From NCBI GenBank assembly GCA_964016885.1, contig OZ024742.1:243040001-243104000 (forward strand): a stretch of DNA of 64,000 nucleotides, in the 5' to 3' direction. The notes under the pieces were generated by a model. It had not been told where the DNA came from, made no database searches, and saw only the letters and a list, made by a program, of their open reading frames with translations. Below are positions 41,979-54,705 of the stretch, piece after piece. The number at the start of each line of letters is the position of its first letter. The first letter of the stretch is position 1. Source of the stretch: Eledone cirrhosa. Taxonomy: Eukaryota. A program made the position numbers and the translations under genes.

Positions 41979-44023
41979 TCTTTCTTTATTTGCCACAGGG
42001 GCGTACAAAATTACAAGACGTGAAGGCGGGGGTTTTACATAAAAATAACTTTAACATTAATAAATAACAATAAACTATATATAATAAAATAACAATTGAA
42101 ATCCCCAGTAGGGGGGGGGGGTTACTGCAGGGTTGTTTTACACCCCGTGGATAGAACAACCCTCAACACCAGGAACACGTTTTGTAGGTGTTCCTGTCTT
42201 CCCTCTGTTTATCTTCCTCAACCTACAGGTTTATATACAGAGAAGGCCCATTCACTCGGGCCATTTTTGTCACATTAACCCACCTTTCAGCGAATTTACT
42301 GGGGTGTAGCACCTCTCTCTCCACTCTCACCTTCCTTCTGAAGTGATACTTAAAGAAGGGGATAAGTTGTTGTCCGGAGAGAAAGGTGCTTGCCCTCAGT
42401 CCTTTTAACCTCGTCCACCATATTACCTCTTTCGCCATAGGCACCAGACAGAGGAAAACCGCCTCTCCTTCGTTCTTAAATGAAGGCGCCGGTGTGATCC
42501 TCACGATGGACGCGGCTGACAACTGGATACGTCCCACACGTTACAGCAGCTGTTCGACATAATTCCACAGGTCGGTCACCCCTGGGCACTGAACAATTGC
42601 GTGCAGAACGGTTTCGATGTCCTGCTCGCATCTTGGACAGGTCCTTTTGGCAGGATCTCTGCCAGGGCGTCCGTGCCTGTAGATTTTGTCTCGAACTGGT
42701 AGAGATCCTAGGTAGCACTGCCAGGCCAGAGACCTCTGGAAGTTATCCATAGGCCCTGGACGGAAAGTCCTCCCGAACAGATTGGTCAGTTCGTCCTCCT
42801 CGATGCCTAGAGTTTTCCGAGAACGTCGTCACACTTATACTCCACTAATCCCCTATAGAATGTCGAAGTGGGGTCTCCGCTGATTGCCGTGTCCGCTTGG
42901 TAGAGGGCTGTGAGCGCCTGTAGGCACTCGAGGTGCCAGGCACCAATTTTCGGTCTTCGCTTGACCCAGGACTGCAGCTCTGTTAGTGAGACGAGTTGTA
43001 GAAGAGCTTGTCTCACAAACGACAGCCACACCTGTTCTCCGGTCAGGAATACCTGGAGATGGCGTAGCCTCAGCGCATGTTTGCGCATCATCAGCCACGG
43101 CATGCCCAGCCCTCCGTTAGAAGGGGGTTGATAGCAGATGGATCTCCTCACCAAGGGAGCCTGTTTCTTCCAGAGGAACTTGAAGAGTAGGCGTTCCATT
43201 TTGGTAAGGTATTCGCGAGGAGCAAGGCACGACTGTCAAGCGGTAGTAGATGACGGACGCTATGTAAGTGTTCGCCACCTCCGCTCGACCTTTAAAGGAG
43301 AGTTTGCACTCAGCCCACTTCTGGGTGAATGCAAACACCTTCCCCGTGACCTCGTTCCAGTTCTTGTCCACCTGGAGGTCTGGACCGAACCAGATCCGAG
43401 CAATTTCACCGGTCCTTCCGTCCAGCGTCCAACGACACTGTCGGAAGGCATGGGTTTGCCTCTCCATGTGCCGAGTTGCAAACCGACAGACTTGTTTGGG
43501 TTTAGTCTTGCTCCTGTCAACGTTTCGTATTCCTGTAATAGGTTGCCGATTACCCTGATTTCCGAGGTTTTCGACACCATTACAGTTATGTCGTCGGCAT
43601 AGGCTGACGCTGCTTTCCGCAGTCCTGGTTCGATCGGGATGCCCTGCAACAGTTCCAATTTCCGCAGTAACGGCTCGCGAGTCAGTATATACAGAATGGA
43701 GGAGAGAGGGCATCCCTGACGGATGGAACGCATGATTTGGAATGGCTCTGATAGGTAGCCATTCACCTTGACTGCCGAGCAGATGCTGGTGTGCATGGCA
43801 GCGATCCAGCCTCTAAAGACGGGACCGAAGCCGGTCGCCTTGAGAACTGCTTCCAAGTATTGATGGTCGACCCTATCAAATGCCTTAGACTGATCTAAAT
43901 TGATCAGAGCCCCACCAAAGCTAGGTTTACACCTTACCCTCTCTATGACGTATCGCATGAGGTGGAGGTTGTCGTGTATGGACCTGGTCGGGATTGCACA
44001 CGTTTGGGCTTCCCCTACCAGGT
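41979..44023 (-). mobile_element. Tx1-clade LINE, divergent subfamily, 5'-truncated and frameshifted (copy 2)
   Basis: DQSKAFDRVDH, QGCPLS, YADD, CPRC..H...C; different 3' UTR; (TAGA)n on both sides. Confidence 0.92.
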
Positions 44024-44025
44024 AT

Positions 44026-44076
<51 letters not shown>
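44024..44076. repeat. (GATA)n between Tx1 copies 2 and 3
   Basis: Directly visible. Confidence 0.95.
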
Positions 44077-44340
44077 TATTTCTTTTATTTGCCACTAGGG
44101 CATCAAAAGTGGGACAAGTACAAAGGGGGGAGTTTACACAAAAAGGCGTCCTCAATAAGGAGGAGGCAATAACAAAATATAAAAATAAAATAAGATATAA
44201 CAAAAAATAAAATTTTTAACAAAATCCTCAATAGAGAGGAGGCGCCTTGGGGGGTCGCACACACCCCCGAAAAAAGTGTGCAACCCTTCTCCTCAGGAGC
44301 ACAGAGAAGGGGTGCTCCCTTGGTCTTTCATCTTCCTCAC

Positions 44341-47300
44341 CTATAGTCTGATGTAGAGTGAAGGCCCATTCACACGGGCCATTCTCGCCACTTTCACCCA
44401 TCTTTCATAGAAACGGCTGGGGTGCAGCACCTCTCTCTCCATCCTGATCCTTCTTCCGAAATGATATCGGAAGAAACGGACCAGTTGTTGGCCAGAGAGA
44501 AAGGTGCCCGACCTCAGTCCTTTCAGACGCGTCCACCATACAACCTCTTTCGCCATGGCTATTACGCACAGAAACACCGCCTCTGCTTCATCTTTGAAGG
44601 GGGGAGGCGGCTTGATCATTACAATAGACTCGGTGGTCAACCGGATCGGTCCCACCCTTGACAGCAGTTGTTCGACATAGCCCCACAGATCGGCTACGCC
44701 CGAGCAGTGTACTAATGCGTGTGCAACGGTTTCCTCGTCGCACACGCATCTGGGACAGATCTTTTTGGCGGGGTCCCTACCCGGGCGCCCGTGTCTGTAG
44801 AGCCTTTCTCGAACGGGTAAAGCCCCTCGGTAGCACTGCCAGGCCAGGGACTTCTGGAAGTTGTCCATAGGTCCCGGGCTGAATGTCCTACCGAAAAGGC
44901 TGGCCAGTTCGTCCTCCTCCATGTCTAGGGCTTCTCCGAGGGCGTCGTCGCACCTGCTGCGTACCAGCCCTCTATAGAATGTTGCGGTGGAGTCTCCACT
45001 GATAACCGGATCCGCCTGCCAGAGGGCGGTGAGCGCCTGGGCACACTCAGTGTGCCAGGCGCCCAGTTTTCTCGGTCTTTGCTTGACCCAGGATTGCAGC
45101 TCGGTGAGTGAGACGAGTCTGGGAAAGGTTCGTCTCACAAACGAGGCCCACACCGGTTGTCCGGTGAGGAATACGTAGAGGTGCCGTAGCCTTAATGCGT
45201 GTTTACGCATCATTAGCCACGGCATCCCCAGCCCTCCTTTCGAAGGGTGTTGACAGCAGATGGATCTCCTCACCATAGGAGCCCGCCTCTTCCAAAGGAA
45301 TTGGAAGAGCGCGCGCTCCATCTTGGTGAGGGTTTCCCTTGGGCAGGGCACTACGGTCAGGCGGTAGTAGATGACGGACGCTATGTAGGTGTTCGCCACC
45401 TCCGCCCGACCTTTCAGGGATAGTTTGCAACTGGCCCACTTCTGGGTCAGTGCAAACACTCTGTTCGTAACCTCCGCCCAGTTTTTCTCCACCTGGAGGT
45501 CCGGTCCGAACCAGACCCCGAGCAACTTCACCGGGCCCTCCGTCCAGCGTCCGACGACGCTATCGGAGGGCATCGGTCTGCCCCTCCACGTGCCGAGTTG
45601 CAAACCGATCGACTTGTCCCGGTTCAGCTTAGCCCCTGTGAACTTTTCGTACTCCTCCAGTAAGGTGCCGACCGCCTCGATTTCGGAGGCCGTCGACACC
45701 ATTACTGTCACGTCATCGGCGTAGGCCGACACCGCTTTCCGCAATCCCGGTTCCAAAGGGATGCCCTGCAACAACTCCAACTTCCGCAGTAGTGGCTCGA
45801 GAGTCAATACATACAGAAGGGAGGAGAGAGGGCACCCTTGTCGGATGGACCGCGCGATTTTGAACGGCTCCGAGAGGTAGCCGTTCACCTTGACCCTAGA
45901 GCAGATGCGGCTGCTGTGCATAGCAGTGATCCAGCCCCTGAAAACGGGTCCGAAGCCTGCCGCCGCTAGCACCGCATCCAGGTAACCATGGTCGACCCTA
46001 TCGAACGCCTTAGATTGATCCAAGTTGATCAGAGCCCCACCAAAGCCGGGTTCGTTCCCAACCCTCTCTATGATGTATCGCATGAGGTGGAGGTTGTCAT
46101 GGATGGACCTGGACGGGATAGCGCATGTCTGCGCATCTCCCACCAGGTTGCCCACGACAAGCGCCAACCTCTTTGCTAGCACCTTGGCCAAAATCTGTAA
46201 CTCTGTATTTAGCAGTGTTATGGGCCTGAAGTTACTTATTTCGTCCCCCTTGTTCTCGTCCTTCCTCACTAGCGTGACTACGCCCTTGGTCACAGTACAG
46301 GGAATTCTCCCGTTCTGTTGCCAGTTGCAGTAGACCGCCTCGAGGAGATCGGGGAACAAGTCCGGCATAGCTAGATATAATTCGTAAGGAAGACCATCGA
46401 GACCCGGGGATTTGCGTTTGCCGCATTGGCTCAGCACGTCCTCTATCTCAGCGGCCGAAATCGGCTCCTCGCAGGACTTCGCCTCCCTGTCCGAGAGGCG
46501 CGGCAGGCCGTCGAGGTATGGACCGAAGTCCACGTTCCCAACCGGCTCCCCGCCCCTCCCGAACAGTCGGGCAAAGTGCCTTTGAAAGGCCTCACACATC
46601 TGCTTAGGCTCAAGAATCGCCCGTCCATCCAGGTCTCGCAAAGACCGGATGGTGGATTTAGTTCCACTGTTGGCCTCTGTCACGCGGGCCCAGCTAACAG
46701 CTTTGGTCCCCTCGTTCCCTAGAGCACGTATTTTACTTCGGACAACGCAGCCTTCGTGCTTCGCGTCGAAAAACTGGCTCAAAGCCGTTCTCGACGCTAG
46801 CACTCTGGCCACGTCGCCGCTTCTAATTGCCTCTTCTACTCTATCTATTAGCTCCCTTTCCTTCCTATTCCTATCCGCAGCTAGAACCTTACTAAATTCT
46901 ATCGAGACTACTCTAATCTCTCTCTTTAGAGATACCCACCACCTGCTGTTGACGATCGCTCCAGTCAACCGTTCCTTAACTAACGTACTAATCCGATTCC
47001 TGTAGGCTCTACTTGCCGGCAAGGACAAGTTGAGCTTCCAGTAACCGGGGCCCTGTCTATGAGTTCTGTCAAGGTTGACCATGCAGGTCACTAATTTGTG
47101 GTCTGAATAGCCAACAATGCGCATTTTTGGACAACTTAAAAAGTCCTTATCCTTAATTCTAACTAAGAACCTATCTAGGTACGACCTAGATGATCCGCTA
47201 CGATTTGCCCAAGTCCAGGTTGGCGCAGTCGGAAAATCTAGTCGATATCTATCGGCCAGGTCAAATCGACCGATTAACCCTTTGAGGCTATTACACCCCT

Positions 47301-47802
47301 CTCTATCGGGGCAGGCCCCTACGTAGTCCCAGCGTGCATCTAGGATACCATTCCAGTCCCCCACTAATAGCAAGGAGCGGGACGTCCCTAGAAAAGTCTC
47401 CAGACGATGGAAGAAGTCCGGCCGCATTGACCCGAAAGGGCCGTAGGCGGCTACCAACCTAAACGCTCCGCCTTTACCACTGCCAAGGTCCAGAACCACT
47501 AGTCGACCCTCCGGGTCCAAATGTACCATCTGTGTTGCGAGACCCAGATGTTTTTGCAGCAGAACGACAACTCCACCCCCACCTCCAGGCTGACAGAGAG
47601 ATGCGTGCATCTCAAAGTCATCAAAGGTGGGGGCCAGCTGTCGCACGTTGCTGATCCGGGCCTCGCAAATAACCATCACATCTATACGTTGTGACCTGAG
47701 GTCATTTAGAAGCATTGCTTGCTTCCAAGTTGAGCCCAGGCCACGCGCATTTAAACAGCCTACTCTTAGCATAGCCATGTTGGTGGTGAAGAGAAAAGGC
47801 AC
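44341..47802 (-). CDS. Tx1/L1-type ORF2 polyprotein: AP endonuclease, reverse transcriptase, C-terminal zinc finger (likely ATG at 47778)
   Basis: Uninterrupted 1153-codon frame with LNARGL, GDWN, SYLDR, SDHK, SPGLDG, FRPITLLN, DQSKAFDRVDH, QGCPLS, YADD and CPRC..ETVAHALVHC. Confidence 0.93.
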   Translation of the reverse strand: MPFLFTTNMAMLRVGCLNARGLGSTWKQAMLLNDLRSQRIDVMVICEARISNVRQLAPTFDDFEMHASLCQPGGGGGVVVLLQKHLGLATQMVHLDPEGRLVVLDLGSGKGGAFRLVAAYGPFGSMRPDFFHRLETFLGTSRSLLLVGDWNGILDARWDYVGACPDREGCNSLKGLIGRFDLADRYRLDFPTAPTWTWANRSGSSRSYLDRFLVRIKDKDFLSCPKMRIVGYSDHKLVTCMVNLDRTHRQGPGYWKLNLSLPASRAYRNRISTLVKERLTGAIVNSRWWVSLKREIRVVSIEFSKVLAADRNRKERELIDRVEEAIRSGDVARVLASRTALSQFFDAKHEGCVVRSKIRALGNEGTKAVSWARVTEANSGTKSTIRSLRDLDGRAILEPKQMCEAFQRHFARLFGRGGEPVGNVDFGPYLDGLPRLSDREAKSCEEPISAAEIEDVLSQCGKRKSPGLDGLPYELYLAMPDLFPDLLEAVYCNWQQNGRIPCTVTKGVVTLVRKDENKGDEISNFRPITLLNTELQILAKVLAKRLALVVGNLVGDAQTCAIPSRSIHDNLHLMRYIIERVGNEPGFGGALINLDQSKAFDRVDHGYLDAVLAAAGFGPVFRGWITAMHSSRICSRVKVNGYLSEPFKIARSIRQGCPLSSLLYVLTLEPLLRKLELLQGIPLEPGLRKAVSAYADDVTVMVSTASEIEAVGTLLEEYEKFTGAKLNRDKSIGLQLGTWRGRPMPSDSVVGRWTEGPVKLLGVWFGPDLQVEKNWAEVTNRVFALTQKWASCKLSLKGRAEVANTYIASVIYYRLTVVPCPRETLTKMERALFQFLWKRRAPMVRRSICCQHPSKGGLGMPWLMMRKHALRLRHLYVFLTGQPVWASFVRRTFPRLVSLTELQSWVKQRPRKLGAWHTECAQALTALWQADPVISGDSTATFYRGLVRSRCDDALGEALDMEEDELASLFGRTFSPGPMDNFQKSLAWQCYRGALPVRERLYRHGRPGRDPAKKICPRCVCDEETVAHALVHCSGVADLWGYVEQLLSRVGPIRLTTESIVMIKPPPPFKDEAEAVFLCVIAMAKEVVWWTRLKGLRSGTFLSGQQLVRFFRYHFGRRIRMEREVLHPSRFYERWVKVARMARVNGPSLYIRL

Positions 47803-48603
47803 TTACCTCTCTGCGTCCCGGGTATCGGGCTGCACAATTTCCATTAGGGTGGGGGATGGGTTGTTGGGTGGGGTGGTGGTTTGTGGAAGTGTGGGGGCAT
47901 CAGTGTGTTGTGTGGTTGGGGAGCTTGGAGTTGTGAGGGTGTTTGGGGAGGGGGTGGGATAGTTTTTTAGGAGGACTCGGTTAATGGGCCCGACGCAGGG
48001 GGGACCCACGTCCTCTTTAAAATTGTTTTTTAAAGTTTTATAGGTGTCCTGTGGGGCCTTAATCATTTTGAGGTGGGGGAAATCCCCTGCCTGGGTGAAG
48101 TTAGGCCCTTGTGTTTTTATTAGATTGTTGTTGTACACAATGTTTAACAGTTTTTTGTTTCTTGTATTTATGTATGTGTATGCATGTTTTTGTTTTTGTG
48201 TGGTGTTTTTTGTTTGCTGTTGTGAGCTCTTTTGTGTTGGTGTCAGTGTTATGTTTTGGGGAGGGGTTTTTTTCATTTGTGTGTCTGAGGTGTGTTTTCT
48301 TTTTTTTCTTTTGATTGTGTGGAAGTGCTCCTCCTCGTCTGACGACGAACTAGGGTCATCTTCCGCGTTGGAGGGGAGGGGTATATTTTCGGGTTGTGTT
48401 TGCGGTACGGGTGTTTTGGAAATTGTTTTTGTTTTTTGAGTGGAGGGGATGGGTTGGACATTGTTTTGTTTTGGTTTGAGCTGTGGTGGTTGTTTTTGTA
48501 GTGGTTGTTGTGGTGATTGTGTTGGTTGTGCAGTTGTTGGTGGTGTGGGCAGGATTGGGGTTTTCTTATTAAGTTGGGGACAGACAGCCCTCAGGTGACC
48601 TCT
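47803..48603 (-). pseudogene. C-terminal half of Tx1 ORF1
   Basis: RGHLRAVCPQ...DAER*, matching ORF1 of copy 1; begins mid zinc knuckle at the (TAGA)n junction. Confidence 0.85.

Positions 48604-48648
<45 letters not shown>
48604..48648. repeat. (GATA)n at the 5' truncation point of Tx1 copy 3
   Basis: Directly visible. Confidence 0.95.
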
Positions 48649-48649
<1 letters not shown>

Positions 48650-49431
48650 TCAAAATAAACAAACAACACCAACAACACCACATTACCATCCCGACAACCC
48701 ACTACACCACCAGCACCCTCCACCACCACAAGATTTAAACTCCTGTCAAACAAAAACACAACACCAAAAAAAGAAAGATCTCCCCGACACCCCAGGGGTT
48801 CAAAAGGTGGGGGAGGTGATGGTGAACTTTGTTGTTCTTTACAGAAGATGAAAACATTTGTTGTTTCAAAGTAAAAATATTATAGTAGGTTATATAGAGA
48901 AAGAGAAAATTTGGTGGTCTAGAGAGAAAGAGAGAGTGGGATATTTAGTGGTATAGAATGAGGGGGAGAGAGTTTGTTGGTTTAGTGAGTGAGGGGGGGG
49001 GGCTGTTAGAGAGACTGAGGTATATAGTGAGATATAGAGAGGAGGAGTGATTTGGTGGTCTAGAGGGAGAGGGTGAATTGTGAGAGAGAGTGAGATATGT
49101 AGTAGGATAGAAAGAGAGGGAGAGAATGTGTTGGTTTAATGAGAGAGGAGAAATTATGAGGGTGAGAGAAAGCGAGGTATGAGTGGGATATACAGAGAGG
49201 GTTACAGTTTGGTGGTGCAGTGAGAGAGGAAGAATGTTGGTCTAGTGACAGAGAGTGAGGCATGTAGTGGTATATAGAGAGGGTCAGAAAGGTATAATAT
49301 TTTAGTGAGTGAGGGGTAATATTGTGGGAGAGAGTGACAAAATAATTGTAGAGGGAAGACATTTTTTTAAATATTGGGTTTCACAGTAAAGGGCTGTGTT
49401 TATGAGTGTGTATGTTTATATGTATATATGT

Positions 49432-49475
<44 letters not shown>

Positions 49476-49561
49476 TTATATATATTTGGATTTGTGTGTT
49501 TATATACATATATGTGTGTGTGTGTATATATGTGTGTGTGTGTTTATATATGTGTGGGTGG

Positions 49562-49630
<69 letters not shown>

Positions 49631-49635
49631 GGAGG

Positions 49636-49837
49636 TCTGTGACCTATATAGCAGGAAATATTCGCTCTAAACATCCTTCCTATTGAGCAGAAAATATTCG
49701 CTACACATATCCTGTCCTAACACAAGTTATATGATACACAGGACTAAATATTCAGTCACCAGATTTTAGTTAGATACAGTAAGGCTGTATTCGATTCTTT
49801 GAAGTCACCTGTTATAATATCATTCAACAACACCAAC

Positions 49838-49912
<75 letters not shown>

Positions 49913-50170
49913 CCCTCTCTCTCTATATATTTCTGTCTCTCTTTCAATGTACTCTCTCACAGCCACTATCTCTTTCTCTCTATTTATAAAGGTAGCCGGA
50001 AAAACCCCCGTATCTCTGGAAACCGTACTCCGATTCACGAGAAACTTGTTTTATTCCATTTGTATTCCAATTTCAGGGGCAGCTTCCTTTCACATTATGC
50101 GCCGTTTTGGCTGTATTAAATTACAGACAAGCATACAATCATAGAGTCTTAATAGTATATAGATAGATAT
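49636..50170 (+). repeat. About 540-bp direct duplication, copy 2
   Basis: Matches 41437-41978; ends in a short TAGATAGATA without a LINE. Confidence 0.85.
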
Positions 50171-50794
50171 ATGACCACCACTGGACTCTGTTGTGTCTTG
50201 CCGATATCTAATTAGAGATCCCAGGAGTTTTGCAAAAGTTTTATTTCAATATTTATTTAACTATGGAAAAATGAATATCTCGAGTGATAAGATTTTTTAG
50301 GCGTTTTGAGACCGTTAATTGAATATGGCCGTATGTTTAAATCTTTCGACGTATGTTTACACTGTTTATTTTTGTGATTAATGTAGTGGAATTTTTAATG
50401 TATTTTGTGTGGAGCTGTAACATTGAGAAGTGATACATAATTGGTATTTTTATTTTATGTCGTTGTTGTTACTGTTTTTGGTTCGTAGATTCTTCTATAT
50501 TTATGAGATATTTTGGTAAACGTCAGTTTTATTGACTTTATGTACGTATTACGCAGATGAAAAACACCATTTAACAGATTTTTTCACGTCTCTTTAGTGC
50601 AAATCTGTTACTTTTAGATTCCGTCTCTTTCTTTGTGTGGAATATTCATCGTTCGACAACCATTGCAGACGTAATTATTTCGTCCTATTTCTTCGAATGT
50701 TATATTCATAACTATTTCACCCAGTATAGTAATTCGTGTTTAAGACGATGAAATTAGAAAGAGATTTGGCAAGAATATTTAGCTGGTCGATTCG

Positions 50795-51335
50795 GCCTTC
50801 ACCCGCTTTCCTGTCGCCACAGTGCCGGTCGCATTCCACGCCATGCTGCCCTCAATGAGGTCTTAAGCATGGCTTGGACACTGCAGGCTTCACTTCCCAG
50901 CTCGAGCCGGTGGGGCTGGATCGAGGGGACGGCAAAAGACCAGATTGCATGACCATCTTCCCGTTCCGCGGTGGCAAACCCCTCGTCTGGGATGCCACTT
51001 GCACCGACACTTGCTGCAGCCGCAACCTGGTGCAGTCTGCGACTGACCCAGGTTCTGCTGCACGTCGGGCTGATGGGGCCAAACTCCTCAAATACCGGTC
51101 GCTCTCCGACAAGTGTGCGGTCGTACCCCTGGCAATGGAGACTTCTGGTGTCCTCGGCCCCAGGGCTACCTCCTTACTCACCACCATAGGCGCTGAGCTG
51201 GCCAGCCGCAGGTGTGAGCCCCGCGAGTTGGAGTGGCTTTTCCAGCGCGTCTCCCTTGCCGTCCTCCGGGGAAACGCCTTCTCCATTCTCCATTCTGTCC
51301 GCTGGGGATGTGGGTGGGTCCCATCGCGTACCGTT
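50795..51335 (+). mobile_element. CRE-like non-LTR retrotransposon 3' fragment (restriction-like endonuclease)
   Basis: HPLSC..AGRIPRHAALN, then EP..KRPD..VWDAT..K..KY..PLAMETSG..FQRVSLAVLRGNA. Confidence 0.85.
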
Positions 51336-51902
51336 GTAGTTGTTGTAGAAGTGTAGAAGAAACAGGAAGACAACAACTGGAATATATATATATATATATA
51401 TCACTACGTAGCGATGCCTTTGGTTGGTTGTCGTCACAGCTGGTATCGGGAGTTGTTTTATTCTGCTAATTCTACTACAGCCCCATTTAATTCATTTTTG
51501 TATTATTACAGTGATTGCTGTTGCAGTTGCTTTCAGTAACAACGTATAAAATACGTTTATTTTTCCAATCACTATCAATAATACTTTTCTTCGAACGTAA
51601 GTTGAATTCTTGTTATTGTATTTATCTTTTCTTTCAGAGACACATCTTTTAAGAAACACATCAAAGTAATATTTATTTTTAAAGACACGTCTTTCTTCGT
51701 CGAAACTGCTATATTTGCAATATTGATTGGCGAAATCGGTAAAATGGATGAGTAAATGCTAAGTGGTATCTATTTTTTGTCTTTTTTTACGTTCTGGTTT
51801 CTAATCCCTCTAAGACAGCGGTGTGCAGAACTCTGGTGATGGCCGGGGAAAATCTTGATTGTATGCCTCAAAGACTCAAATATAAGGCCTAATATACTGA
51901 GA

Positions 51903-52020
51903 AGGCGCGTGGCTGAGTGGTTAGAGAATTGGATTCGAAATCGTGAGGTTGTGAGTTCGATTCCTGGACCGGGCGGTGCGTTATGTCTTTGAGCAAGACA
52001 CTTTATTTCACGCTGCTCCT
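51903..52020 (+). mobile_element. tRNA-derived SINE head (second family)
   Basis: A box TGGCTGAGTGG, B box GAGTTCGATTCC, followed by TGAGCAAGACACTT. Confidence 0.7.
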
Positions 52021-54247
52021 TCTACCTGGAGTTCCGACCGAATTTGAAAGACCAACGGAAATATTGTTTCCTCGGTCCGATTTGACGAAAAGTCGATCGA
52101 CTGTCGATATTGAGAAATATTATGAGAAAGGAAAACATTTTGAATATATACATACAGATGAAACATGAAATAAATGCTTTATTCGATTTTGATATAAATC
52201 AATCAAATTTATTAAGTTCTTCTCCCCAAAGAATGCCCCCATCCAAAGCATGCCCAAGGCCAACGCCCCCCCCCCCCCCCCTGCATGCTACTACTCTAAG
52301 GTCAACATTGCCTTTTGTTTTTCAGATGTGTATACAATTATCAGTAGGATCGATATAACCAATTATACCTCGCCTGCCAAAATGTGAAACATATGCCAAT
52401 GTTTTAAATCAAATTTAGTTTCTAGAAAATTTTACTGAGTTTTTTTTCTGTTAACCCTACGCCTCTTGCTTTGGTTTTCAGTTGATATCTTCAGTAAAAA
52501 TTACTGTCAATATTAATAGATATTAAAATGAATACGCGGGTACTTATGACTACCTTGTATATATGTATGTGTTTGTTGTTCTTGTTGCTTTGGCTATAGT
52601 TAGTCTTTATTGAGCAAAGGTAACTACGCCCCTATGTTGATGTTAATCCCGGGTAGACCAAAAGCGTTCCAGTCGTAACCATCCCGTAGTTTAAAACCTA
52701 ATAACAGTAGATCAACAAAACTGAAGTATACCTCTTTCTTAAGACGGCCGAGTGTTATTTGAAATTGATTTCGCTACTATTTCTAGCCAGTCGAATGACT
52801 TTGTATAGGCAATATCATTGACTCCCCTGTGTTGTAAATAAATGGTGGAGTGCTGCCAAACGTAACTGTGCGAAAACAAGCAAAACAGAAAATATATAAT
52901 ACAGATACTATTATTTCCCTATAGAAACAGATAAATAAACACTTAAAAACACAGTAAGTTTCACAAAAACAGAAGTTGAGTGACGGGAGAAAATGACGTC
53001 TGGTGCAGAACAAAGAAATTGCCACAAATAGCAAACGATTATATTTCTAATGATGAATAGATAGATCCCGAAGAGTAAGACTGTACTCTAGCTCTAAGTG
53101 CAGCAGGTTCTTTCCACCCCGAGCACATACTTAACTGAAGAAATATATTATTTTGCAATGGGTCTGTATAATCCATTAAAAGATAAATCCCAAACGTTGC
53201 ATTGCTTTCATTTCACAAATTTCTTTACCATCAGTTACTCTTTTGCTTCTTTTTACATCTTCCAATTTCAGACATCATATGTTTTGTTGTTTTTTTTTCT
53301 TTTCCCCTGATTTTGTGGGTGAGAGATTCTCATCTCTCTTACATCGTAATATAAATAGAATTATAATAGATTCGATGTACTTAAAACAAAATAAGATGTA
53401 GTAAATATGTGAAGAATGTCACAGTAAATTAAAAGATGATTTCTAACATATTCACAATGTCAGAATTTAGTTGCTGTTGTTTTTTACATGGGGTGGGGAG
53501 ACAATTTAATCAACCTCACAACTTAAGTCGACTCTTGAGAGATATGAGACAATGTTGACCTTGGTAGATAGAATTTGAGCGTAAAGATTATTTTCTTTGG
53601 GGTTCTACTGATTCCATCTCCTTTGTAGAATAGTATAACCAAGAAGATTTAACCAAGAAGCCTTTGTGCTGTCACTCAACCTGAATAAAAATAATAGTCA
53701 TTCCTTCCATAAAGAATATCTTACAATCTTTTTTATAAGATGCATTGGATTATGTAGTACAAGACATGTTATGTCTAATAAAGAAACTCCGCATTGTTTA
53801 GATCTTTGGTCATAAGTCTGCTCAATGAGGGTTTACCTGGGTCTAGACAACATTAACAATAATAATTTGCTATAGATCAAACGTCCACCCGTCACCATTC
53901 AATTTTTAATTAATTTGGGCTTCAGATTTATCTCCCTTACATCTCTAGGTTAGAATTTTTCATTAAACTTAAAGGTCTTTTTTCCCCGCTTTATTTCGGG
54001 TGTAATTTTTATTAATTGAACATTTCCTGACTTACTATGTATATTATGTTAGTATCCTACATTATTATACACGGGAAAATTCCACGATTTAATTAGAAAA
54101 AACACCAAGTATTAAAGATCAATATAACACTTTACATGCTTTATTTTAAAGTTATATATATATATATATATACACATAAATAACATTTTCGTCGAGGATT
54201 TAAAAAAAGATTCTGTGTTACCACTACAAACACTACCACAGCTCTCT

Positions 54248-54292
<45 letters not shown>

Positions 54293-54414
54293 AAATTAAG
54301 ATAAATTAAATGAATTTAATCTAAATCAAAATTATGGGTGTCATGTCAGAAAGACATGCGCCATATCACCCGGAAAATAAGCTCTAAGATTCTAACGAGT
54401 AGGTTCGAGCATTT

Positions 54415-54698
54415 TATAATAACTAGAAATTGATTAACATATATATAAACATGAATAATCACAGGAGATAATTTTTACAAGTGTGTAACCACACATAGTT
54501 AGGTAGGTAACTAAATAAAGTTGACCAGAACTTCAAAAATAGATACCTTATAATATGATTATCATATTATAAGGTATCTATTTTTGAAGTTCTGGTCAAC
54601 TTTATTTAGTTACCTACCTAGCTATGTGTTGTTACACACTTGTAAAAATTATCTCCTGTGATTATTCATGTTTATATATATGTTAATCAATTTCTAGT

Positions 54699-54705
<7 letters not shown>
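54415..54705. repeat. Near-perfect palindrome, about 145-bp arms and 1-nt spacer
   Basis: ...CCTTATAATATGAT-t-ATCATATTATAAGG...; two mismatches seen; right arm runs into (TA)n. Confidence 0.92.

Larger units (their letters stand above)
44077..48603 (-). mobile_element. Tx1-clade LINE truncated within ORF1, ORF2 intact (copy 3)
   Basis: Collinear with copy 1 up to GTGACCTCT at 48603, then joins (TAGA)n directly. Confidence 0.95.

Noticed and set aside
47803-48759. 318-aa ORF as a complete ORF1
   Set aside because: Its N-terminal part reads through flank and (TATC)n (SIYL repeats); homology to ORF1 starts only at 48603.
51903-51975. tRNA gene
   Set aside because: A and B boxes are present but no full cloverleaf, and it continues into a SINE body.
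52783-52890. Minus-strand exon after a strong polypyrimidine/CAG acceptor
   Set aside because: No recognisable peptide or donor site; it runs into sequence that looks like a dispersed repeat.
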